Assembly: GCA_942493055.1 (NCBI GenBank) | Contig: OW818680.1 | Span: forward strand, 4,105,902 to 4,169,901 | DNA length: 64,000 bases | Direction: 5' to 3' | Origin: an uncultured bacterium | GTDB lineage: Bacteria > Verrucomicrobiota > Kiritimatiellia > RFP12 > UBA1067 | Shown here: in pieces, positions 24,681 to 33,672 of the stretch | Numbering within the stretch: position 1 is the stretch's first letter | How the letters are laid out: each line of letters starts with the position of its first letter | Notes under the pieces: generated by a model | Database searches by the model: none | Seen by the model: only the letters and a program-made list of their open reading frames with translations | What the model was told of the DNA's origin: nothing | Program-made: the position numbers and the translations under genes

Positions 24681-27600
24681 ATGAATTGGAAACATACGTT
24701 ATTAGTGGGTGGGATGTTTTTGTCCGCCCTCTCGCTACAGGCCGCGACCTATTATGTTGCGACAACGGGTAGTGACAGCACAGGCGACGGCTCAAGTGTA
24801 CTGCCCTATCAGACGATCCAGACCGCTGTGAATCAAGCGGTTGCCGGTGATCTCATCCTGGTTGCCCCCGGCACCTACCAGACCGGCGAGGGAACAACCC
24901 CGGCCGCCTCCGGTAAATCGCGTGTTGTCATCGCTAAGAATGTGACGGTGCGCAGCACGCAGGGTGCTCAACAAACCATCATCCGTGGCAGAAAAAACAG
25001 TGAAGAGCTTCCGTACGGCCCGAATTCGGTGCGCTGCGTCTATATGACCGCAGGCGCGCTGGATGGTTTTACCTTGCTCGACGGGTACGCTGATGCCAGC
25101 TCTTCGCCGCTCTATGCACCGGACAGCCCGATCATTAATGGCGGCGGTGTCTGCGTCCCGATGGGCAACCGCACCCCGCAGATTAATAACTGCATTATTA
25201 CCGGATGCAGCGCGTATCGCGGCGCCGGCGCCTATTGGGGCACCTTGAATAACTGCACGGTTGTTTACAACAAGTCAAATACAGCAAATTGCGGCGGCGG
25301 TGTCTGGAGCAGTGCGGTCAACAACTCGATCGTCAGGTTCAATCAACTAGACGATTTCTCGCTTCCGGACAATACAGTAGATACGTCGATCTTTAAGTTT
25401 TGCTGCTTATCCGCGCTCCCGCTGCAAACCACGCACGGTGCGGTCCGTGACGGCGGCGGCAATATCACGGCTGACCCTGCATTCATCACGGGAACATTTA
25501 TTCCCTCCCGCAGCTCGCCGTGTGTGGATAGGGGTGCCAATATCTACGCCAGCGGGGAACGGGATGCCGCTGGCATGGCTCGCATTATCGGGGGCTCTGT
25601 GGATATCGGTGCGTATGAAGCCAATTTCATGCCCTATCAGTTGACGGTTGTCAACGGGAGCGGCAGCGGGATCTATACCAATGGCGATGTTGTCGCGATT
25701 TCGACCACCAATGCCGTTTCGGAGTGGATGACCTTTATCGGCTGGACAGGGGATACGAACACCGTGGAAAATACGATGCTCAGCTCAACGACCCTGGTGA
25801 TGCCCGCGAGCGCCATTACCGTGACCGCCAATTACCTGACTGACCCCATCGATCAGATCATCAGCGAAGTCCTCGGTGTGCCGCTACCCATTGCGACCTC
25901 CAATGTGACCGTCTTCTCCGTCAACCCCGCAGTCCCTTCAGTGGCACTTGGCCCTGTCGCAGACGGCGATGTGGCCTTCTTTGAAACCGTGTATACGAAT
26001 GCAGGAACCGTTGTCTTCTCCTGGAACGTCAGTTCCGAAGAGGGCTGGGATTTCCTCAGCTTCTATGTGGACGATGTCCTCCAGACGCAGATCTCTGGCG
26101 AGGTCTCAGGCGTGGTGACCCAATTTGTTGCAGGCGTTGGCCCGCACAACCTCAAATGGGAATACAGCAAGGACGACTGGCTGGGCTCCTGGGCAGGTGA
26201 CGACACCGGTGAAGTCGGACCGATTGCCTGGATCCCGGATGACCTCTCAACAGAGCTGGCCGTGCCCGGACCGCTTGCGCCGCCCTCCTTCCTGCAGGCC
26301 GGCGATCCGCTCCCCTTCCCGTATGGCTTCCAGGCTTGCTTCCTCGACCGGAATCCGCCAGCAGGCGCTGTCGGAGCCCTGGCAGTACGCCTGGGCGGGC
26401 TCAGCGGCACCACGCCGCTTGTCGCCAATGGCCAGACCACGGAAACCCAGGTCTTGCTGAATGGCGCAGGGACCCTCTCGTTCCGCTGCTACACAGCCTG
26501 TCAGACGGGTGACAAGATCGTCTGTAACGTGGACGGTGTGGAGAAGTTTTCGATGACGGGAGACAAGACGCGCTTGGGTGTGGCGGGCTGGACAAATGTG
26601 GTGATCGAGATGCTGGATCCGACATCACATGTGGTCCGCTGGGCTTATATCAAGGATGGAAACGGCTGGACCGCGCAGGATGCCGCCTGGGTTGACAGCG
26701 TCACCTGGACGCGCACGACCTGCATCTTGACGGTCCAGGACGGCTCCGGAAGCGGAACCTATTTTATCGGCGATATTGTCACCATCGTCGCTACCAATGT
26801 CACCCCGCTCCAAGTGTTTGAAAAGTGGACGGGCGATGTCGCGAACGTCACAGATGTCAATAGCATGACCACGACGGTCTTCATGGCCGCAGACACAGTG
26901 GTGGCCGCCAACTACAAGGTGAAATACGCGCTGACCGTCAATAACGGAACAGGCGATGGCACCTACTTCAGCGGCCAGGTGGTGCCGGTTGTGGCCACCA
27001 TTCCTGCGGGGATGGTCTTTGACGCCTGGAGCGGCGACACGGAGTATCTTGACGACCCGCTGCGCGGGGACACCCTGCTCACCATGCCCAATCGTGATGT
27101 GACCATCACCGCTGTCGTGAAGGTGGCGCCTTATCACGTCTCCGTGGTCAATGGATGGAATGCCGGGTCGCTTCCGAATCCCGCGCATGAAGGCTATGGC
27201 GAGCCCCAGGACGGCTATCCGCCTGGCGCTGCCGTACGCATTGTGGCGAACCCTGCCCCGCTCTGGAAGACCTTTGACGGGTGGACGGCCTCCCCGGATG
27301 TGCCCATCAATGTTGCGAACGCGGAGGTCACCTGGTTCACGATGCCGGCGAGCAGCGTGGCCCTGACCGCCAACTATCGCGATCAGACCGAGGCGGAAAA
27401 ACTGGCTGCGGCCCTGACCATCCGCGGTCAGCCCTTTACGGTTGATTCCTACTCCGCAAATGGAATCGTGGCGCTCTCTTCCGGCGGTGTCCGTTACAAC
27501 GATCCGGTTGTGAAGTTCGGCGGTCCCTCGGTCGGGCCTGGACAGAGTGTCGTTCTCAACACCGCCAGTTTCACAGGTGATGGCATCCTGCTCTTCTGGT

Positions 27601-28949
27601 GGCGCGGTGACACGGAGGCAGACGCGGATGGCATTGCGCTGGAGGTCAATGGCGTGCCGGTCTCCCCGATCCTCTCCGAAAAGACCACGAACAGTGTTGA
27701 CCAGACGACCTGGTACCTGAACGCCTATCCAGTGACGGCGGCTGTCTGGATGACCCTCCGTTATTCGCGTGACGATTCCTACATGGTGCACGATAACTTC
27801 ATGCTAATCGATCGCGTGACGTGGATTCCGATGGAACTCGTGGATGCCCTGGATGCCCAGGACATTCCCAATATCAATCAGGAGTTCGATCCCTGTTTCA
27901 TCCGCCATCCAAAGGAGGATAAAGGCCTTCACACCTTCTCCGGCGAGGATGGCGGTGTCCGTTGGGATACGACGGAGAGCGCCGTCAAGATTGGCAACTT
28001 CGGCTACGTCACCAACAACCAGCTCGCGCAGGTCGGCTTTGTCTTTAACCAATATTTCTTTAAGCCAGCAGGCGGGATCTATACGTTTGAATGGCAGACC
28101 AAGAGCGAGTCGGAATATGATCGCCTGGAACTCATGCTCGATCTGATTCCGACGAACTGGATCAGCGGCAAGAATACAGGCTGGGTCTCAAATACCTTTG
28201 TCCTGAAAAAAGGCTATACGCGTCCTGCCGAATCCCCGATCACGGATTCCAATGTGACGTGGCCAGTCTTTAACTTCCGCTACACCAAGGATTATGACCA
28301 GAGTTTTCTGGATGATTGCGGCTGGGTTCGCGGCGCCACGTGGTACCCGACCTATAACCTGAACATCACGGGCGGCACCAATACGATGCTGGTCTTCCCA
28401 GATGCTCAGTTTGCCACCAATCCGGATATCTTGTCAGAAGCGGTCAAGGGCGTCATACCGTCAGGGACGCTTGTCACGATTCTTGCTGATCCGGCTCCGA
28501 GCGGCATGGTTTTCGCTGCGTGGTCCGGGCAACTCGGCGGCATCGTGGATCCCGGGGATCCCAGTCAGACCTTTACGATGCCGGAACAGGATATCGTTTT
28601 GACAGCGACCTACACGGCTGCGTCAGACCCGATCGCCGTGAAACCTCAGATCATGACCTTTACACTCAGCGACACGGTTGTGAAGCCGAGCCAGGCCGGT
28701 CTGTTTACAGCCATGGCCCTCGCCACCTCCAAGTCGATCGGCATGACCTTTGAGGGCGCATCCGTTGCGAACTACGAGGTGGAGTGGAGCCCATCCCTGG
28801 CTGGCCAGGACTGTGTGTGGACCGTTATACCGTTCACCTCGGTTGAAGTCTTGGGGAGCGCACCGGACGGCTTTAGCATCTGGAGAATCCAGGCGACAGC
28901 CCCGTCTGACGCGCAGCAGGGATTCTTCCGTCTGAAGCGAAAAGAATAG
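24681..28949 (+). CDS. Large secreted adhesin-like protein (beta-helix N-terminus, InlB B-repeat-like and beta-sandwich modules, C-terminal FFRL motif)
   Basis: Signal peptide; ATYYVATTGSDS...PYQTIQTAV and VDIGAYE; repeated LTVxNGSGSG modules; three SSE/D.L modules; ends QQGFFRLKRKE. Confidence 0.8.
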   Translation: MNWKHTLLVGGMFLSALSLQAATYYVATTGSDSTGDGSSVLPYQTIQTAVNQAVAGDLILVAPGTYQTGEGTTPAASGKSRVVIAKNVTVRSTQGAQQTIIRGRKNSEELPYGPNSVRCVYMTAGALDGFTLLDGYADASSSPLYAPDSPIINGGGVCVPMGNRTPQINNCIITGCSAYRGAGAYWGTLNNCTVVYNKSNTANCGGGVWSSAVNNSIVRFNQLDDFSLPDNTVDTSIFKFCCLSALPLQTTHGAVRDGGGNITADPAFITGTFIPSRSSPCVDRGANIYASGERDAAGMARIIGGSVDIGAYEANFMPYQLTVVNGSGSGIYTNGDVVAISTTNAVSEWMTFIGWTGDTNTVENTMLSSTTLVMPASAITVTANYLTDPIDQIISEVLGVPLPIATSNVTVFSVNPAVPSVALGPVADGDVAFFETVYTNAGTVVFSWNVSSEEGWDFLSFYVDDVLQTQISGEVSGVVTQFVAGVGPHNLKWEYSKDDWLGSWAGDDTGEVGPIAWIPDDLSTELAVPGPLAPPSFLQAGDPLPFPYGFQACFLDRNPPAGAVGALAVRLGGLSGTTPLVANGQTTETQVLLNGAGTLSFRCYTACQTGDKIVCNVDGVEKFSMTGDKTRLGVAGWTNVVIEMLDPTSHVVRWAYIKDGNGWTAQDAAWVDSVTWTRTTCILTVQDGSGSGTYFIGDIVTIVATNVTPLQVFEKWTGDVANVTDVNSMTTTVFMAADTVVAANYKVKYALTVNNGTGDGTYFSGQVVPVVATIPAGMVFDAWSGDTEYLDDPLRGDTLLTMPNRDVTITAVVKVAPYHVSVVNGWNAGSLPNPAHEGYGEPQDGYPPGAAVRIVANPAPLWKTFDGWTASPDVPINVANAEVTWFTMPASSVALTANYRDQTEAEKLAAALTIRGQPFTVDSYSANGIVALSSGGVRYNDPVVKFGGPSVGPGQSVVLNTASFTGDGILLFWWRGDTEADADGIALEVNGVPVSPILSEKTTNSVDQTTWYLNAYPVTAAVWMTLRYSRDDSYMVHDNFMLIDRVTWIPMELVDALDAQDIPNINQEFDPCFIRHPKEDKGLHTFSGEDGGVRWDTTESAVKIGNFGYVTNNQLAQVGFVFNQYFFKPAGGIYTFEWQTKSESEYDRLELMLDLIPTNWISGKNTGWVSNTFVLKKGYTRPAESPITDSNVTWPVFNFRYTKDYDQSFLDDCGWVRGATWYPTYNLNITGGTNTMLVFPDAQFATNPDILSEAVKGVIPSGTLVTILADPAPSGMVFAAWSGQLGGIVDPGDPSQTFTMPEQDIVLTATYTAASDPIAVKPQIMTFTLSDTVVKPSQAGLFTAMALATSKSIGMTFEGASVANYEVEWSPSLAGQDCVWTVIPFTSVEVLGSAPDGFSIWRIQATAPSDAQQGFFRLKRKE

Positions 28950-28960
28950 GAACTGAACAA

Positions 28961-30046
28961 ATGGCAGGTATAGATCGTTTTCTGATGAAGTTAGTCTCCA
29001 TGAGTGGAAGCGATTTGCACCTTTATGCAAAACGTGTCCCGCATGTCCGTATCCATGGTATTATTCAGGCATTAGAAGGAGAGCCGGTCGTCAGCAGTGA
29101 CCAGGTGTTAGGCTTGCTGAAGGACATCTTTCCCCCGAAGAACTTCGAGGAGCTTGGACAGACCAAGGATACGGACTGCGCATACAGCATTGAAGGACTT
29201 GCACGTTTTCGTGTGAATGGCTTCCGGGATATGAATGGCTATGGTACCGTCATTCGTGTGATCCCGGATAAGATTCCCACCTTCGAGCAACTCTGCCTGC
29301 CGCCTATCATTAAAGATTTCTGCATGCTGTCCAAGGGCTTGGTGGTGGTCACAGGACCGACGGGTTCCGGAAAATCAACAACGCTTTCGGCCATGATTGA
29401 CTTCATCAATCGTCACCGGACCGAACACATTATCACCATTGAAGATCCGATTGAATTTGTGCACATACCCGTCAAGTGCGCGATCAATCAGCGCGAAGTC
29501 CATCGGGATACGCAAAGTTTTGCGCGCGCCTTGCGCGCCGCCTTGCGCGAAGACCCCGACATTGTGCTCGTGGGCGAAATTCGTGACTTGGAAACCATGG
29601 AAATCGCGATTGAAACCGCAGAAACCGGACACGTTGTCTTTGCGACCTTGCATACCAACAGTGCGGCTGCAACCGTTGAACGTATCATTGATAAATTTCC
29701 TGCCAATCGCCAGAATCAGATCCGTTCCATGTTGGCGGACTCGCTGAAGGGTGTCGTTGCGCAGACGCTGTGCCGCAGAATCACGGGCGGACGCATCGCG
29801 GCCTTTGAGGTCCTCGTCGTCAATACTCCCGTGGCCGCGTTGATCCGCGAAGGAAAAACGCACATGCTGCCCTCCATCATCCAGACCAGTAAAAATATCG
29901 GGATGCAGAACTTCTGCGATGAACTCACGCGCTTAACACTCATGAAGCAGATCTCGCCGGAGGAGGCCTATATCAAGGCGGTTGACAAGGCTGAAATCGA
30001 TACGAAGTTCAAGCTGGCCGGTATCCACTATAAGAAGGACTACTAA
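28961..30046 (+). CDS. pilT: Type IV pilus retraction ATPase
   Basis: GSDLHL, RFRVNGF, GPTGSGKST, EDPIEF, ALREDPDIVLVGEIRD, TGHVVFATLHT, ALIREGKTH. Confidence 0.95.
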   Translation: MAGIDRFLMKLVSMSGSDLHLYAKRVPHVRIHGIIQALEGEPVVSSDQVLGLLKDIFPPKNFEELGQTKDTDCAYSIEGLARFRVNGFRDMNGYGTVIRVIPDKIPTFEQLCLPPIIKDFCMLSKGLVVVTGPTGSGKSTTLSAMIDFINRHRTEHIITIEDPIEFVHIPVKCAINQREVHRDTQSFARALRAALREDPDIVLVGEIRDLETMEIAIETAETGHVVFATLHTNSAAATVERIIDKFPANRQNQIRSMLADSLKGVVAQTLCRRITGGRIAAFEVLVVNTPVAALIREGKTHMLPSIIQTSKNIGMQNFCDELTRLTLMKQISPEEAYIKAVDKAEIDTKFKLAGIHYKKDY

Positions 30047-30050
30047 TGCT

Positions 30051-31373
30051 TTACCAGAGCTGGATCAGGGTCGCTGTGGCGGGCAAGAAGATCGGCAGCC
30101 CTGCAGCATTGTTGCTTGTGTTGTTATCCGGTTTGTCAGATGCGGTGAGAATCGCGGTATTGGTGCCCCAATAGCCTGACATATTCCAGACAACCGTGTC
30201 GACGCGGAGTGTGGCGACACCTCCGTCACCAAGGACAGGAATCGACCAGCGGTTCGTTTCCAGCGAGCCCAGTGTGGCGGAGCTGGCGTTAATATGTAAG
30301 CCGCCCGCCCATGTCAAATCAATCGACAGATTGCGCGCCGTATAGGGCCCCGCGTTTGTGGCAATAATATCAAACCAGAGTCCGCTGGCTGCCTGCGTGG
30401 CTGATGGGTGATTGGTCTGGCAGCGCCACGAAAGGCCGAGGTCTGCCGGGAATGTGATGCCCGTAACCTGATTGGTGATCCACTGAATACGCTGCGACGT
30501 GCGCGAACAGATCAGCAGGCAAGGTGCTGGCGAATCCTCCGGCGGGACCCACTGCCATCCTGTATCGCCTTGATAATAGAGCCCCGCACAATCATACAAA
30601 GAGGCATTAAACTGGCTCACAGGCGGATTGGTCGAGAGCGTAAAGGTTCCCGGGTGGACCGAGTAGTTAACCATGGCGACCTTCCATCCGCTGCCGGTCT
30701 TGATAAAACCAGGCCCCCCGCTGTCGCCGATCGAAAGCATACACTCGTCAGGGTCTCCGTTATTGTCAAAGGCGGCGAGTGCGCACAGGCCGTCATCGGT
30801 CGCGCCAACGGTCTGATTAATGCCCCAGCGGCGCGTTCCCCATGTGCAAGCCCACCAATTCGTGCCGGACCACAGCCAGCCGTTTGTGAAGGCGCCTGCT
30901 GTGACCCTGGCGCCGCGTTCAGCCCCGGTGCCCTGATAGACAACACGTGCATTCGTATCAATCTCGCTCTCGATGTTGATGCGTGCGATCCGTTCGTGGT
31001 TGGTCACGGCTGGCGTAAAAAAGTATATGGCCAGGTCGCTGCTGTTCGTCGTTGCGCGTGCTGTGAAGGTATGCTTGCCTTCAAGCAGGAAGGTGTCGTT
31101 GGTCTTGATTTCCCACATGTGGGCTGCTGTGAGCAGGGCGTTGGAATGAATGATGGTTCCGAGAAAGTTTGAATGGTTGAGCGTCCCGCCCGTGGCGTCA
31201 ATCATCACCGTCTGCTGCCAGCCGCTCTGCGCCAGCGTTCCGGTCGGCGCCTGCTGATGATAATCCACCTCGTTCGTGACGCAAAAAACAAGCGCCTCTG
31301 AGCCGGAGTTCAGGAACAGGATCAGCAGAGCCACCATCCTTGCCAAAAATAATCTGTTGTCAGCCCTTCTCAT
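30051..31373 (-). CDS. Secreted trypsin-like serine protease with a C-terminal DUF11-like Ig domain
   Basis: Catalytic triad motifs LLTAAH, SSDLAI, GDSGGP; signal peptide; ATNAGPYTARNLSI...DKPDNNTSNNAA. Confidence 0.8.
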   Translation of the reverse strand: MRRADNRLFLARMVALLILFLNSGSEALVFCVTNEVDYHQQAPTGTLAQSGWQQTVMIDATGGTLNHSNFLGTIIHSNALLTAAHMWEIKTNDTFLLEGKHTFTARATTNSSDLAIYFFTPAVTNHERIARINIESEIDTNARVVYQGTGAERGARVTAGAFTNGWLWSGTNWWACTWGTRRWGINQTVGATDDGLCALAAFDNNGDPDECMLSIGDSGGPGFIKTGSGWKVAMVNYSVHPGTFTLSTNPPVSQFNASLYDCAGLYYQGDTGWQWVPPEDSPAPCLLICSRTSQRIQWITNQVTGITFPADLGLSWRCQTNHPSATQAASGLWFDIIATNAGPYTARNLSIDLTWAGGLHINASSATLGSLETNRWSIPVLGDGGVATLRVDTVVWNMSGYWGTNTAILTASDKPDNNTSNNAAGLPIFLPATATLIQLW

Positions 31374-31442
31374 GACACTAAAACAATCTCATAGTTCGCT
31401 GTTGCGGTCAAGAATCGTTTCCAATAACTTCAACTTCCTTGC

Positions 31443-31731
31443 CCACGAAATACACGAAAATCACGAAAAAAAGTGGGGATCTTTGTCTCCTTACTTAATC
31501 TCTTTACTTTGTCTAGGATAGATTAAGGCAGGCGAAAAAGCACGGAAACAAAATGAGCTGGCGAGATCTTTTTGGAGTGCGGTGACAAGCAGCGTCGAAA
31601 GACGAGCGCGGCACCGCTCTTCTTGGTCTCGCAAAAGCGGCGTCGCGCGGAATACCGCTTGCTTCGCGCGTCTCCAAATCGCTTCGCAACGACTTTTTAT
31701 ACATCATTCGTGCCGTTCGCGCTGTTCGATG
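31443..31731. repeat. Nested intergenic element: CACGAAA-type arms enclosing a GC-rich multi-hairpin REP-like unit (31571-31678)
   Basis: CCACGAAATACACGAAAATCACGAAA ... TTCGTGCCGTTCGCGCTGTTCGATG; the inner unit is bounded by TTTGGAG...CTCCAAA. Confidence 0.6.
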
Positions 31732-31845
31732 TTAAAAAAGTGTCCAGTCAAGTCTCAAGTTTCCCCATTCCATTATTCCGTTCACCCCTCGACAGAAGTC
31801 AGCCAAAGTGGTATTCTAATGATTACAAAAGAAAGCGAGGTTCAC

Positions 31846-32439
31846 ATGAATAAATCAGGAATACGAACAAACGTCGATGTCAATAAGCTGGTTGAGTTCT
31901 TCTCGTTTCGCGTCATGTTGATGCCGCGAATCATCATCATGCTGAATCTCCTTGTAACGGTCCTGGGCGTGGCTGCTTTGATCGGGCTTCCTGTGGCCAT
32001 GCTCTATTTCGGTGTGACTGAAGGTGAGGCGCGGAGCGAGATCATCCGCAAATGTGGCGAGAGCTTTGTGGGTGTTCTCCTCGGGTTGCTGGCGTGCCGC
32101 CTGGCCTTCGAATATCTGATTCTCTTCTTCCGGATGAACGAGACGCTGACGGAAATTCTACGGAAGAGCGATGCGCTTCCGCCGAGCCCTGCTCCTGTGT
32201 TTGACATCCATCAGTTCCCCTCACGCCTGGACACTGAGCCGCCGATCACCCTGACCCCCCCGGAACCCGTCTATGTTGCTCCGGCGTTGCCTCAGCTGCA
32301 ACCTGAGAACGAGATCCGTCCCGGAGACATCGTCTTCGATTGCCCCTACTGCGGGCACAACCATGCCATCTCGCCCAAGGGCGCAGGCATTAACGTCAAC
32401 TGCATGAAATGCGGCAAGAGCATTACCGTGCCCCAATAA
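31846..32439 (+). CDS. DUF4282-like membrane protein with a Pro-rich linker and C-terminal Zn ribbon
   Basis: FFSFRVMLMPRIIIML...RLAFEYLILFFRMNETL; FDCPYCG...NCMKCGKSITVP. Start moved to ATG at 31846 (GCGAGG RBS). Confidence 0.7.
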   Translation: MNKSGIRTNVDVNKLVEFFSFRVMLMPRIIIMLNLLVTVLGVAALIGLPVAMLYFGVTEGEARSEIIRKCGESFVGVLLGLLACRLAFEYLILFFRMNETLTEILRKSDALPPSPAPVFDIHQFPSRLDTEPPITLTPPEPVYVAPALPQLQPENEIRPGDIVFDCPYCGHNHAISPKGAGINVNCMKCGKSITVPQ

Positions 32440-32476
32440 AAATAAAAACAAAAATACCGTTCGGGGAACTCTCGGG

Positions 32477-32506
32477 TTGACAGGGGGGTGCCGGGTTTGT
32501 TATCGT
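32477..32506 (+). promoter_or_regulatory. sigma70 promoter of minor-pilin cassette 2
   Basis: TTGACA-N18-TATCGT with an extended TG. Confidence 0.6.
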
Positions 32507-32612
32507 TATTAATAATTTACGGGTTATTTTTGTGGAAGGGTCATAGACCGTTCCTCATGCTTTTTTCAGGTTGTTGAGTTCAGGTCCTAACGTCATGTTA
32601 ATCTGGAACACC

Positions 32613-33113
32613 ATGAAGCGGATGTTGACGCTCCGGGAAGACCGGCGAGTCAAAGCTCCCCACGTGAGGTGTCTGAGACAAAAAGGGTTCACATTAGTTG
32701 AAGTCCTCTTTGCCTCGACGATATCATTGCTGCTGCTGGTGAGTCTGCTGGAGACGTTGACTGCCTGCCGGCGGATGGCTGCGAATGTCAAGTGGCACTT
32801 GGCTGCGGATGCCCTCGCATACGATACGGCGTGGGCTTATTTCAATCAGCAGACCGCGTGGTTCGATGCGCAGTTTCCCGAGGCACAGGCCAAATGGGAG
32901 CCCGTGCCTGCGGAGAGGTCCTCGGCCTGGTCTGAAAATAGGCCGGCCTCGCTTTTTTGGTCTGTCACGCCGGTCGGCGTGCCCACCACCCATTGGATCA
33001 TCCGGACGAATGTGCAGTGGCCGCTGCCCAACGGCGGCTTTGCCAGGTTGCCGAATGATTATGTGATCGAACGATGCAGGGCTGACAGAAACCTATTCAG
33101 GGCAACGAAGTGA
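32613..33113 (+). CDS. PilV-like minor pilin (cassette 2)
   Basis: QKG/FTLVEVLFASTISLLLLVSLL with E5; start uncertain (32571, 32595 or 32613). Confidence 0.75.
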   Translation: MKRMLTLREDRRVKAPHVRCLRQKGFTLVEVLFASTISLLLLVSLLETLTACRRMAANVKWHLAADALAYDTAWAYFNQQTAWFDAQFPEAQAKWEPVPAERSSAWSENRPASLFWSVTPVGVPTTHWIIRTNVQWPLPNGGFARLPNDYVIERCRADRNLFRATK

Positions 33114-33658
33114 AACGGTCTGCCACACAGGAGTCTAACAGGTGCCGGGCACGTTATCGGCGCGGCTTCACCTTAATCGAAGTGATGGTCTCGACCGCGC
33201 TGACCCTGGTGGTCATGACTCAGGTTGTCATGGCGATTATCTCCTGCCAGCGCATGCTTGAAGCGACCTTCGCAGACATGGAACTGTCCCTTCAGTCCCG
33301 GGCACTCCGGGAAAAACTCTTGTACAACATCAATGAGGATGGTGGCCTGATGAACGCCTGTCAGAGTGAAGTGTCGCTCGTGAACGGCAATAATAACAAG
33401 GGCGACGGAATCAGCTTCAAGCCTAATAAGGGCAAGAAAAACAGGCTTCTGATGGGCGGCAAGAAGAAGCTGGTTGCTGATCTGAACCGGCACGAGAAGT
33501 GGCTGGATTGCGGCACGATGGTCTTTCAAGGCACGAATGTCTTTGGTTTGTACATGACGAACGGTACCATCGAGGTGAATCTGGATGTGGTCATCCCGAT
33601 CGCAAATCGTCGATATCAGCAGCAAAACATGGTCAAAGCGCAAATCATGAACGAATGA
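33110..33658 (+). CDS. PilW/PulJ-like minor pilin (cassette 2)
   Basis: RRG/FTLIEVMVSTALTLVVM with E5. Confidence 0.8.
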   Translation: MKRSATQESNRCRARYRRGFTLIEVMVSTALTLVVMTQVVMAIISCQRMLEATFADMELSLQSRALREKLLYNINEDGGLMNACQSEVSLVNGNNNKGDGISFKPNKGKKNRLLMGGKKKLVADLNRHEKWLDCGTMVFQGTNVFGLYMTNGTIEVNLDVVIPIANRRYQQQNMVKAQIMNE

Positions 33659-33672
33659 GAGAAGGAGGAATC

